Positions 10,834-21,535 of a stretch of DNA of 62,458 nt are shown here, piece by piece (position 1 is the stretch's first letter; each line of letters opens with the position of its first letter). This DNA is from Barthelona sp. PAP020. Taxonomy: Eukaryota. The translations under genes were made by a program, and so were the position numbers. The DNA lies in the NCBI GenBank assembly GCA_040182905.1, contig JARQWU010000031.1:1-62458 (forward strand). Direction: 5' to 3'. The notes under the pieces were generated by a model that saw nothing but the letters and a program-made list of their open reading frames with translations, searched no databases and had not been told where the DNA came from.

Positions 10834-11109
10834 TCATCTTTAAAAAATAAAAATTGCCAATAAAAAGTCTTAGACCTTTTTTTTCAACTTCAACAAATAA
10901 TAATTGCTCTAAATAATGAATAACATTGTACTTTCTCAGTTATTTACTTGAGAAAGGGATTGGAAGAGCCCCAAAATTCTTGAATATTTTTAATTTGTGC
11001 AATTTGTCAAATTGTTTTGGGTTTTTTATTCAAATTTAAGCTATGACAGAGTAGATGTAAAATACAGGCAAAAATAAAGAAAAATTTTATTTGATATATT
11101 AACAACTTG

Positions 11110-12753
11110 TCATATTCTTGAAGGAGAAGATAAGGTTCTGGAATGAGTAATTCTGCTCCTGAGATAGTTTTCTCTCCTTTTGGTGGCAGCTTGGAGTTTT
11201 TCATTAATTTTTAACAAACCAATAGTATGCTCTTCATGCAATTTGATATTCGTTTCTTCAGGTGAACCAGGGGCAGATCTTAAAGCCATTCTTCTGGCTT
11301 TTTCAGATGTTGTTAACAATGTGATCTCATGTTCTTTCGAAGCCTTTACCAATTTTGAATGTATTTTGGAAATTTTTCTCAATTTTCTTAAATACAACTT
11401 TTTTTTATTTTCTTCAACATTTTTAACATCTCTTTTAGCAAATAAAGATTTTTTCAACAACTCTTCACGACGTCTTTGTGTTGCATTTCCAATATCGCAC
11501 GCAATTTTAGCTCTCAATAGATCATTAAATTCTTGAATTTTTAAATGAAGACGTCTTTCACGATCATTTCGTAATCGAGAAAAAATCAAAGAGTTTGCTA
11601 AAAATTGATTTCTTCTAACCTCAGCTTTCTCCATTTTTTTTCTTAATCTTTCTTTTTGATCAAGTTTATTGTGATATTCCAAAACTCTGCGATAATTAAC
11701 CAATCTGACATCTTTTTTAGCAAACAAACACTTTGCTAGAAGGTAGTTCTCTCTTCTTCTGGAGGCTTCTGCCTCTTTTCTCATAATTTTTAAAAATAAA
11801 CATTGATTTTTCAATTCATTCAATCTTCTTATGATATTTAATCTTAAGGAAGATCGTCTGGCAAATGAAGTACGTGTACTAAGTTGGTTCAAATAATTAC
11901 GTTCAATCAAATCCATTTTCTCAAAATGTTTCAACATTTTATGGGTATTTTTCTCTTTTTCATATTGTAATGTATACTTCACTCTTTGATTATGAAATCT
12001 TGCTTTATTAGCAATTTCAAACAAATAATCTTGTCTTCTTTCAGCACACATTTTTTGTTTATTCACAATTTGTCGTTTTAAATGTAAAACAGATTGTTTC
12101 TTTCTTTTTACAACTTCATTGACATGTTCAAGATGCTTCATTGCAAATTGACGACGTTGTTCTCTTTCATCCACTGCATTAACTCCAGATTGATAATACA
12201 TTCTTTCCAGTTTTAATTTTTGTTTTACTTTTTCATCACATAATTTTTCTAAAGCTCTATTACGTTTAAATTTCCATATTTGAAAAGACTTTCCTTTAGA
12301 TTTCAAAATTTTATTGCGGTTATGTTTGGCCCTAATTTGTTTATCCAACATTTTGGCCTTTAAATAGGAAATTCTTGAATTTTCATTAGAAAAACAATTA
12401 TGATTACTTATGTTAACTAAAATATTATGATGATGACAGCATAACTTAATTCTTTGCAAAAGAAGTCTATGTCTACGTTCAGTTCTGTCCAACTTATTCT
12501 CTAAGTTACTCATAAGTGTTGCAGCATTATCATAAAAAACATTGGCTCGTTTTTTGATCACTTTGTTAACCCTGTTAGTTCCCAGTCTTTTGGCTTTGTT
12601 AACTTGTTTGTCCAAAAACGATTCACGTCTTAATGTAGCATCAATTAGCTTCAAAGAGTAAGGTTTAGTTTGAGTCTTATCAGACAATCTTATTAATAAT
12701 GCTCTGTCTATTTCTGTTTTTTTTGGTGCAATAAATACTTCCACTAGTGACAT
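11110..12753 (-). CDS. Basic helical protein with ~47-52-aa stathmin-like repeats
   Basis: 547-aa ORF with periodic K(L/M)xxAxxRRxxxL motifs; ATG at 12753 (MSLVEV). Confidence 0.75.
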   Translation of the reverse strand: MSLVEVFIAPKKTEIDRALLIRLSDKTQTKPYSLKLIDATLRRESFLDKQVNKAKRLGTNRVNKVIKKRANVFYDNAATLMSNLENKLDRTERRHRLLLQRIKLCCHHHNILVNISNHNCFSNENSRISYLKAKMLDKQIRAKHNRNKILKSKGKSFQIWKFKRNRALEKLCDEKVKQKLKLERMYYQSGVNAVDEREQRRQFAMKHLEHVNEVVKRKKQSVLHLKRQIVNKQKMCAERRQDYLFEIANKARFHNQRVKYTLQYEKEKNTHKMLKHFEKMDLIERNYLNQLSTRTSFARRSSLRLNIIRRLNELKNQCLFLKIMRKEAEASRRRENYLLAKCLFAKKDVRLVNYRRVLEYHNKLDQKERLRKKMEKAEVRRNQFLANSLIFSRLRNDRERRLHLKIQEFNDLLRAKIACDIGNATQRRREELLKKSLFAKRDVKNVEENKKKLYLRKLRKISKIHSKLVKASKEHEITLLTTSEKARRMALRSAPGSPEETNIKLHEEHTIGLLKINEKLQAATKRRENYLRSRITHSRTLSSPSRI

Positions 12754-13348
12754 TTCTAACAAAAGAAATAATAATATACAAAGAATAAAGAATCAACAAC
12801 TCCAACTTGGTAATTACTAATGGATTTGAAAACATTATCTAATATTAATTCTCTTCTTTTCAATTAGAATTCTAATAAAACCACACATAATCAAATATTA
12901 ATATCGTAAAAGAGAGACATTGTAATTGAAAAATATTGGAAAAGAAGAACAGTTGAAAAAAAAGAAATTGGATTTGCATGTTCTTTTATTCAAATAGATG
13001 GATTTTCATATGATTATCAGAATTTTAAAAAAATAAAAGGTTCTATTTTTGAAGCAATTTTCTTAAGCTGTAAACCTTTGTTTTATAATCAATAAAATTT
13101 TTAAGTTTTTGAATCAATCTCCTAAATTTGATGCCACTGAATTAAAAGTGAATTTTGAAATTGAGGTTTGGGCACCAAAGAAAATCATGAAGATTTCCAA
13201 GATATGGAGATTTCTATCAGAGCTAAAAGAGATGGGTTTGGTGTAGAATTGAGATTAATTTACTTTCTCTATGAATGAACACAGTTGTTTCATAGCTGGA
13301 TCAATTCTCCTTTAATAAATTTGGTGGTTTCCTTTAAAAAATAAAAAA

Positions 13349-13877
13349 TTGGTCCAGTTGTGAAAAAACCATTTTTGTTTACAAAGAAAGTAAACTCACA
13401 AAACTCATTCCAACAAATTTCTGTCAAAACCCCAGGGGAAATTGAGGGACTGAAATGTTATTTGAATGATCAAGGAGGAGAATTTCGGAGAAATTCTTCA
13501 TTCCTATCTTTTTGTATTTTTGCAAAAACAAAATTTTAAAGTTTGAACTTTTCCTTTGAAAATCTAAAGTTTTTCAACAGATCAATCGGGCCTCGAAAAC
13601 CTTTAACCAAAAAAACACTATTCTTTCTTATTCACTCATACGTACAGTGCTTCTTGGCTTGGAAATAATATGGAAGTTCATGCTCAATGAACGGAATTTA
13701 TTGGAGATATAAAGAGGTCATCAAATATCACTTCCTTTATTTGTTGTTTCTTGACCACCTTTAGGTCCAATTTTTTATGTTACTTGGGCATCTGAATCCA
13801 CGTGAGTTTTTCCCAAACCTTAAGCTAATTTGTTTCGTTGTTCACTGAACAACTTATACCTCATAAATATTTAATAA
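13349..13877. repeat. Dispersed repeat copy 1; modules A(13349-13627), B(13633-13663), C(13669-13872)
   Basis: Manual alignment to 47195-47724: C is direct, A and B are reverse-complement. Confidence 0.95.
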
Positions 13878-13956
13878 TCCCTTTGTTTTCACATGATTCA
13901 TTTTTTTGAATTAAATAAAAAAAAAATAAAAAAATAAAAATTAATAATTTCACAAT

Positions 13957-15123
13957 TTATTCTCTGCAGTTTTCAAAAATTTCTCTAATGGAATCTTTTT
14001 CGATCTCAAACATACCTCTGGAAACAAATGAATTGAAGGCTAATTCAGTTATTAAATCAAAATCAACTTCTTCATCCAAATTCAATTCATCAATATTTGT
14101 TGGGCAATGAATGCTTCTGTAATATTTGATAAATATTTCTGCCACATCATCCATTGTTTCAATATCAATCACATTAAAGACATTTTTTGTGAATTGTAGA
14201 ATTCTTTCGGCAGTTTGACCACTGCAACTTCTGATGTAACTTGGAGTGACAACACTTAAACCTGCACCATGAACAACATTATACACAGCACTTAGTGGCA
14301 TCTCCAAAGCATGACAAGGCATTGTACACTTCAAACCCTTGTGAAATAAAGAACTCCAGGCAAGAGATCCAATCCACATGAAATTTGCACGACTTTCATA
14401 GTCTTTTGGATTTTCAAGAATTCTTTCCATGGAATCCATCAAAGCTTTAACAAGTCCTTCCATTAGATTACAATGCAGAGGAGTGTAAAATTTTTCAGAA
14501 GTGAAATATCCTTCTGTAATATGTGAAATTATGTCAGTACATGCATAAGCAGTTTGCTTCAATGGCAAAGAAAGAGTTGTTGTGGGATCCAAGAAAGAAA
14601 CATCAGGATTTAAAATTCCATGGGCAACAACAGCAAACTTCTCTTTAGTTTTATCATTTGTCAATACTGAAATACCATTCATTTCGGATGAAGTAGCAGG
14701 TAAAGTCAATACAACAAACAGAGGAATTCTTTTTTTAATTGGCTTTTCTTTGGTATAAAATCCCCAAATATCATTAGTATTTTCAGCAGCTGCGATGGCA
14801 ATTGCTTTGGCTTCATCAATTACAGAACCTCCACCAACAGCAAGAATTGCATCAATATCATTCATTTTAACAAGATTTAACCCAATTTCTGCATGACTTA
14901 AAACAGGATTACCTTGCACATTGTTGTGTTCAATGAAGGCAATTTGATTGGATTCCAATAAGCCAGTAATCCTTTGATATGTTCCATTTTTCTTTATGCT
15001 GGATTGTCCATAGACGAAAAGAATCTTTTTGACATCTTTTTTAATCAATTCTTGAGGAATTTTTTCCAAAGCATCTTTTCCGAAATGTATCTTCGTTGGA
15101 TTATAATATTCAAAATCAAACAT
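13957..15123 (-). CDS. Iron-containing alcohol dehydrogenase (bacterial butanol dehydrogenase/YqhD type)
   Basis: MFDFEYYNPTKIHFGK, SIKKNG, AVGGGSVIDEAKAIA, LTLPATSSEMN, D..SH..E, HALE..LSAVYNVVHGAGL. Confidence 0.95.
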   Translation of the reverse strand: MFDFEYYNPTKIHFGKDALEKIPQELIKKDVKKILFVYGQSSIKKNGTYQRITGLLESNQIAFIEHNNVQGNPVLSHAEIGLNLVKMNDIDAILAVGGGSVIDEAKAIAIAAAENTNDIWGFYTKEKPIKKRIPLFVVLTLPATSSEMNGISVLTNDKTKEKFAVVAHGILNPDVSFLDPTTTLSLPLKQTAYACTDIISHITEGYFTSEKFYTPLHCNLMEGLVKALMDSMERILENPKDYESRANFMWIGSLAWSSLFHKGLKCTMPCHALEMPLSAVYNVVHGAGLSVVTPSYIRSCSGQTAERILQFTKNVFNVIDIETMDDVAEIFIKYYRSIHCPTNIDELNLDEEVDFDLITELAFNSFVSRGMFEIEKDSIREIFENCRE

Positions 15124-15342
15124 ATTTTTGAATCTAAATAACAAGAAAAAATATTGAAAAGAAAAAGCAAAATGAGATTTTTTTGGAAACAAATTGAAGA
15201 ATTTTCTGGAAACTTCTTCTTCATTTGATCAACAGTCAATCGTCTCATTTTATATTTATATTTTTGAATAAAGGCCCAAGCTTAAGAGAAAAAAAAAACA
15301 TGTTTATGTTGAAAACAGAATTATTTTATTTTCACAATTGCC

Positions 15343-17445
15343 TCAAATTTCCAAAGGAATTGGAGTTGCAGTGTCAATTTTCTCCAAATCAGCTTTGAAA
15401 TCATCAATATCAACTAAAAATGGGGCAGCAGGTCTTTGATTAAGCATTTCATTTAAAGGTTCTTTAAATGTTGTGTGAACATTAGATCTGCAAACTTTGG
15501 CGGATGGAGTAATTAAACCGTTATCAATTGTAAATTCCCTGTCTGAAATAATGATACTTCTGGGAATTTCAAAGGGTCTCAAACCATGTAAACAGCAATC
15601 TTTTTGAATTTCAAACAAGATAACTTGCTTGATTTCAGCATCATCACCACTTTTCAAATAATTCAGATAAACTTCTTTAAATTCAGGTAAAATATCATCT
15701 AAAATAGATGTGAGTGTTACCAAAACAATAATGAAGGGAGTTTTACTATTTCCAACAACAACAGCCAATTCAACAAGATTCACTTGCCTACAAATCAATT
15801 CAATTTTCGTGGGGGAAATATACTCTCCTTGACTTACTTTGAAAATATCAGATTTTCTATCAACAATTTGAATCTGTCCAAGCTCACTTACCTTGATGAT
15901 ATCTGAGCTGTGATACCAACCTTCTTCATCAACAACTTGTTTGTAAAGCTCTGGATGTTTATAATATCCTTTGAACATACAGGGAGATCTGATACATAAT
16001 TCACCAGTTTGTCCCAAATAAGGCAAAAGTCCACTTTTTCTGGCTAATTCAGGATCAGGACCCAATTCTTCAGCACCAACCCACCATCTTTTAAATTTTG
16101 TAAAAAGACCATATTCTCCATCCCAATCATAGTTAGGCCATTCTCGAGGCTCAACAAAAAGGTTTTTTTCAGGCACATCAATAATTTTTACTTCCATTAA
16201 ATGCATTGGATAACCAACTGTTGATATTTTCCTGGATCCACGCATACGTTCAGTAGAGCAAACACCACAAGATTCAGACATACCATAACCTTCAACAACA
16301 GGAGAACTAAACACAGCTCGAAGCCAATCTGAAACTGAAGGGTCAAGTTGAGAACCACCAGATACAATATAACGAATGTTATCACCAAAAGCTGCTTTGA
16401 CTTTACTGAAAACAAAATTATCATAAAACATATGCTCCATATCTTTTCCATTAGAAGCCTCTAATCTATCAATCTTTGTTTTAATACCCTTATTAAATAA
16501 ATTTTGAACAAAAGAAGATTGTGATTGGACCATTTTGACAACACCATCCTTAAACTTTTCAAATATACGAGGTACTCCTATTAATAATGAAGGTCTCGCC
16601 AATTTGATTTCATTCAATATGTTCTTTAGGTTACCACTGGCAAAACTAATAACACCACGGTGATAAATCAACAAGTAATCACTCATCATCTGTAAAACAT
16701 GGCTATTAGGCAAAAATGAGATACATCTAACACCATGATCTATTAAATAAGTAGGTAAATCAGTAATAAATAGGTTATTACCGTATAAAATGGCTCTATT
16801 TGTTAACATGGCACCTTTAGGGGTTCCTGTTGTCCCTGAAGAATAAACAAGTGTGCAAACATCATCAAACTTAGCTTTGCAATGGAAAAAATCATATTCT
16901 AAGTTATCAGGCGAATTTTCAATTAATTCATCCACAGTTTGATAGTCAATGCCTTGTAAAAATTGTTTTTCTTCATCGTTTAACTCATTTGAAGACTTTA
17001 CACCAAGAATGATTATTTTAATGATTTTTGAATGTATTAACTCTGAAATGCATTGAAAATTGAGAATACAATCTTTGTCAACAACTAATAAATTTGTATC
17101 AACTTCATCAACAATGTATTCCAGATTTTCTTTTAATATTTTGGTGTATAATGAAGTATTTACACCACTAAGAGCATGTGATGCAAAATCTAAAGTCAAA
17201 TAATCAATACAATTTTTGGACATGAAAATGGCATGTGTAAAGTTAAAATCTTTTAAAGCCCAAATTGTCTTAATAACTCTTTCATGAAATTGCCCAACAG
17301 TAAGATATTCAAATGCATCTTGGTTTTCATTTAATTCTCCTAACAATTCATCATTCCATCTTTCTTTCACAAAAGTCAACCATTCTTCGTATAAGTTTTC
17401 AGTTTTAGGAAACACAAATGGCAAAAAATCAGCAGTTGCACTCAT
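15343..17445 (-). CDS. Long-chain fatty-acid--CoA ligase (ACSL family)
   Basis: YSSGTTGTPKGAML, EGYGMSE, GELCIRSP..FKGYY, IVDRKSDIFKVSQGEYISP, FTIDNGLITPSAK. Confidence 0.93.
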   Translation of the reverse strand: MSATADFLPFVFPKTENLYEEWLTFVKERWNDELLGELNENQDAFEYLTVGQFHERVIKTIWALKDFNFTHAIFMSKNCIDYLTLDFASHALSGVNTSLYTKILKENLEYIVDEVDTNLLVVDKDCILNFQCISELIHSKIIKIIILGVKSSNELNDEEKQFLQGIDYQTVDELIENSPDNLEYDFFHCKAKFDDVCTLVYSSGTTGTPKGAMLTNRAILYGNNLFITDLPTYLIDHGVRCISFLPNSHVLQMMSDYLLIYHRGVISFASGNLKNILNEIKLARPSLLIGVPRIFEKFKDGVVKMVQSQSSFVQNLFNKGIKTKIDRLEASNGKDMEHMFYDNFVFSKVKAAFGDNIRYIVSGGSQLDPSVSDWLRAVFSSPVVEGYGMSESCGVCSTERMRGSRKISTVGYPMHLMEVKIIDVPEKNLFVEPREWPNYDWDGEYGLFTKFKRWWVGAEELGPDPELARKSGLLPYLGQTGELCIRSPCMFKGYYKHPELYKQVVDEEGWYHSSDIIKVSELGQIQIVDRKSDIFKVSQGEYISPTKIELICRQVNLVELAVVVGNSKTPFIIVLVTLTSILDDILPEFKEVYLNYLKSGDDAEIKQVILFEIQKDCCLHGLRPFEIPRSIIISDREFTIDNGLITPSAKVCRSNVHTTFKEPLNEMLNQRPAAPFLVDIDDFKADLEKIDTATPIPLEI

Positions 17446-17747
17446 TATTCAAAATGAAAAAAAAAAGTTATCAAAATTGACAAATTTTTTATTTATGATA
17501 TTTAGACCTTAAAATTTGTTGAATATAATTTCATTTTTCTGAAATCGTCCACGCACGGAAAATAAATGCTTTTTTTTCTTTTCTTGAAAAAAAAATCTTT
17601 TCAATTTACAAACTCATTTTTAAAAAAAAAAAAAAAAAAAATTTCACCTCCAAATATCTGAAATATTTGATAAATAAGTGATTTGATAGTTTTTCTGATT
17701 GAAAAACAAAAAATATCGGAAAAAAAAAAACTGTCAATTAATTATCT

Positions 17748-18290
17748 TCATTGCCCCAATTTAGCACGACTACAGGCAGGACAAATCCATTTTTCTACAT
17801 CTTTAATTTGAGAAACTTTTAATCGAAGACAATTAAGATGATACCATTGATGACAACTGCTACATTCAAGCATTTCTCCTTCAATTTGATCACAAAAACA
17901 ATATCCTTCAATTGCTTCGCACATTAATTTAGCATTCCGCAGGTTTTCTTGTTGGGTAATCACATATCTTTCTAACTGATTTGCGATTGATTTTTTTTCA
18001 ACATAATAAATATTAATTTTTCTAACAATTTCTTTCATTTCCTCATGTATTGATTCAAATGATTCCAATTCAATATCATCGTCAAAACATTGATGCAATT
18101 CTTGTTCTTTTATATCAAGTTGTTTGTTCAATTCAATAATTCTTGAATCTAATTCTTGAATTAACAAAAGTAATTTGGTGGTAATAATTTCACATATCGA
18201 AAAAGCTAAATATTAGAACAATCAAATAAAATTCTTACTGTCTGGTAATAATTCTAACAGTTGCGGATGAGTATTTGAAGGAATTACCAT
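17748..18290 (-). CDS. ING-like PHD-finger protein; 2 exons (18290-18239, 18205-17748)
   Basis: PHD finger YCFC..MLECSSCHQWYHLNC..WICPAC. The spliced N-terminus LELLPD..LIQELD resembles the ING N-terminal helix. Confidence 0.75.
18206..18238 (-). other. Spliceosomal intron, 33 nt
   Basis: GTAAGA...TTCTAATATTTAG; joins the ATG at 18290 in frame to the PHD ORF (510 nt total). Confidence 0.8.
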
Positions 18291-18597
18291 GCAATGCCAT
18301 GCGGCTCAAAGTAAGTTGATGGGGTCAAATTTTTTGACAATTATTTTCTTTATTCTTTTCCATTTATTTTCTTCTTAAATCAATAAATGTGGAGTAACAT
18401 AAGGATTCAGCTCTATTTAACCAACAAATAAAAATTTTTACATTTGAATGTTTTTTGAACATTTGCATAATCTTTTGATTTTTATCATACATTTGTATAA
18501 TAACATATTTACAAATCTTTTAAGTGCAAACTTATGTTTTTCTTTGTTTTTTGTTTTTTGAACAAGTGTTTGATTTTGTAATTCTAAAAGAGAGTTC

Positions 18598-20115
18598 ATG
18601 AAATTGACACGCATTATATTGTTTATTTGTGTTTTTACAATAATATTTGGAGAAACAAGTGAAAATGTTAAAACTATCACCCCTAATGATTGGGAAGATA
18701 CTCTAAAATCATACGATTATTCAATTATTAAATATTTTACACCTTGGTGTGGTCATTGTAATGAATTAGAACCAGAATTTGCTGAAGCAGCTGAAGCAAT
18801 GAATAAATTATCATCAAAAATTTTGTTTGGTGGGATAAATTGTCAAGAATACCCAGAATTTTGTTCTAAACACGGCATTGAAGGATTTCCAACCATTAAA
18901 ATTTTCAAAAAAGATAAATTTATCAGTGATTATCTTGAAGATCGTAAATCGAAGGATATTTATGAATACATGATTCTTTTTACTTCCAAATTTATTGAAG
19001 AAATTGATTCTGAAGAAAAAAGAAAAGAATTCATCAAGAACGAATATTACGTTATTTATAGTGGCGAAGTTTCTGAAGGTATTAAAGAATTTTTTGAAAA
19101 TTTAGCCATTGAATTTTTAAATGCCATTTCTTTTGGTTTTGACATTTTGACTTCTGAAAAAAAACTGGTTGTAAAACATCCAAATTCAGATGAAGCGATA
19201 ATGTATTTTACTGAAAAAACATCTGAAGAAGAATTAAAAACATTTTTTGACCTTAATCGAAAAGAGTTGGTTGCGGTATTGAACCGCAATAATTTCAGAG
19301 ATTATTTTTATCAGAATGCTCCTTCAATTTGTCTTTATTTTTTTAATCCAAAAGAAGACAGTTTTGTTAATTATGTTACTTCGGTAAAAACTTTGTTGAG
19401 TGAAAAAAATGTTTTTGAAAATGGAACTCTTCCAAATTTTGTTGCTGTTGATGGAATTAGATTTTCTAGTTTTTTGGAAAGACTTGGATTGGTTGAAATT
19501 CCATCTTTATCCTGTATTGATTTCAAAAATAATCGTAACTTCAATTTCTTAGATTTTTCCAGCGAAATTGAAAATTTAACTCAATTTTTGAAAGATTTTC
19601 TTGAAGGAAATGCCAAACCTTTTGTAAAGTCAGCAAAAGCTCCTGAAGATCCTTGGAGCGATGATGGGGTTCTCGTTATTGTTGGAAATTCTTGGATTGA
19701 TCTTTTGCAAATGGAGTACTTGGAACATGATCGTCTTGTTGTTGTTCATGCCCCTTGGTGTGGTCATTGTAAGGCTTTGTTGCCTACTTTTTATAAAGTT
19801 GCTCAAATGTTGAAGACTGATGCTTTTAAGAAAGCTTTTATGAATGAAAATGATAAAGAAATTATTTTTGCCACATTAGATGGTGATTCTAATGATATTC
19901 CTAACAGTAATGTTGTTGTTCAAGGTTTCCCCACCATTTTGATGTTCAAGGCAGGTGAAAAAAAGCCCATTGTTTTTGAAGGAGCTCGTAATCAACTTGA
20001 AATTCTTGAATTTGTCTTAAGTAATGGAAGTTTAGAATATTCAAAAACCTTTGACAACTTAAAATTCAACAAAGTGATGAAAGAATTATTATCTCAAGAT
20101 GATCATGATCTTTAA
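18598..20115 (+). CDS. PDI: Protein disulfide-isomerase
   Basis: Signal peptide, two WCGHC thioredoxin sites, two GFPTI motifs, C-terminal DHDL. Confidence 0.95.
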   Translation: MKLTRIILFICVFTIIFGETSENVKTITPNDWEDTLKSYDYSIIKYFTPWCGHCNELEPEFAEAAEAMNKLSSKILFGGINCQEYPEFCSKHGIEGFPTIKIFKKDKFISDYLEDRKSKDIYEYMILFTSKFIEEIDSEEKRKEFIKNEYYVIYSGEVSEGIKEFFENLAIEFLNAISFGFDILTSEKKLVVKHPNSDEAIMYFTEKTSEEELKTFFDLNRKELVAVLNRNNFRDYFYQNAPSICLYFFNPKEDSFVNYVTSVKTLLSEKNVFENGTLPNFVAVDGIRFSSFLERLGLVEIPSLSCIDFKNNRNFNFLDFSSEIENLTQFLKDFLEGNAKPFVKSAKAPEDPWSDDGVLVIVGNSWIDLLQMEYLEHDRLVVVHAPWCGHCKALLPTFYKVAQMLKTDAFKKAFMNENDKEIIFATLDGDSNDIPNSNVVVQGFPTILMFKAGEKKPIVFEGARNQLEILEFVLSNGSLEYSKTFDNLKFNKVMKELLSQDDHDL

Positions 20116-20581
20116 TTTTATATAAACGTTGAATAGCATATAATTTACAAAGATTGAATGCCTGAAATCTTTCATTAATAAAAAATCTGATTGTTCATTT
20201 GTTATTTGATGAATTTTTTTAAAAATTATCCTTTTATAGAGATTTTTCAGATCATTTTTGCCACATTTTCATTTTTTCAAGGCCTATAAACTTTGGTTGA
20301 CCATCAAGAAAAGAAAAGCCATCATTTTGAAAAAATATCTGTTTCTCTTCTTGTTCCACACATAATCACTGAAAAAAAGGAGCAAAAAATAAAAAAAATA
20401 AAAAAGCAAAAAAAAATTTATTGTAAAAATATGTGTATTTGTGTGTAAGCATTGAATAATTGCTAAACTATCGTCTTGAAAATGCTAATAAGCGACTAAA
20501 AATAGGAAAAAAGAAAAAAATAAAGCATGTGTGAAAAAAATGAACGAACAAAATCAACAAACAAATCGGAATGCACAGGAA

Positions 20582-21218
20582 TTAATTTTCTTCAGTCAAA
20601 GATTGAATGTCTTGAGAGTACTTCATCAAAACATAATGCATTTTTTCCATTGCACTGTTTACTGCATTAACTGCTTTAGCGCCTTGAAAAACCACCTTAC
20701 CAGATGCATATATCATCATAGTTACCTTTGGATCACCCACAGAATACTTCAAAGCAGGGTTGGAATGAGGTTCATATGTAGCAAACTTGCTATTTTCAGT
20801 ATAAAGCTTTTGAAGATTAATAGGAAAACCAACACTGACAGAAGCGCAAACATTCGTTATCTTAAAATTGGATCTTTGATACCTAATTCGGGTATTATCA
20901 TCCAACACTTTTTGTAACAAACGACAAACACGTTTAACAGCCGCTATTGCTGCTTCTTCAGTTTTAGCTCCGGTAATCAATACTTTGGCCGTGGCAAAAA
21001 TAATAGCTGTACATTGAGGATTTGTTAGTCGAAGAAAACACCCAGGAAATCGGTTTGGGTGATAGGTAATATTTTTAACGTTGTTGTTGATATCTTTCAA
21101 ATTTAATCTATCATCACTGATTGTAATTGAACCACAGACATTTCTAAACATTAGTTTTGGCAATATTGAAGTAATAGAACGTTACAGTTGGAATTGGATA
21201 TGTAGATTCAGTTGACAT
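20582..21218 (-). CDS. TBP: TATA-binding protein (divergent) or TBP-like factor; 2 exons (21218-21181, 21143-20582)
   Basis: Two TBP repeats (YHPNRFPG..IIFATAKVLITGAK and YEP..IYASGKVVFQGAK). Spliced N-terminus MSTESTYPIPTVTNVCGS; 199 aa. Confidence 0.88.
21144..21180 (-). other. Spliceosomal intron, 37 nt, GTTCTA donor
   Basis: GTTCTA...ACTAATGTTTAG restores the frame; the nearby GTAACG donor does not. Confidence 0.75.
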
Positions 21219-21535
21219 ATAGATAAAAAAGATGGATGAATAAAAAAAAATGACCTCAATTTTTGCTTGGTCTCCCAAATATTTCTTTATTATTTGTTGC
21301 CATGTCTAAAGACTCTTGATAAATTGTGCAATAATGAAAAAAAAAACGCCAAATGATAATTTGATGACTGAATAAATTTTCCATTTGGACAGATTCTATT
21401 TTTTTAGTGTTCAATATTTGTTCATTAACATTTATTCATAGTCTTCATGAATTCTTAGATTTTAACAACGCAAAGCAAAGTGAATAAACTTTCCAATTGT
21501 TGAAATTTTTTTTTTTTTTTTTTTGAAACCAAAGA

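Noticed and set aside
13349..13630. TGA read-through or alternative genetic code in repeat module A
   Set aside because: The stops are not in equivalent frames in the second copy, and genes here use TAA, TGA and TAG as normal stops.
13349..13877. CRISPR array or integron-like cassette array
   Set aside because: The shared junction is only 5 bp, there is no repeat-spacer periodicity, and no cas or integrase gene is present.
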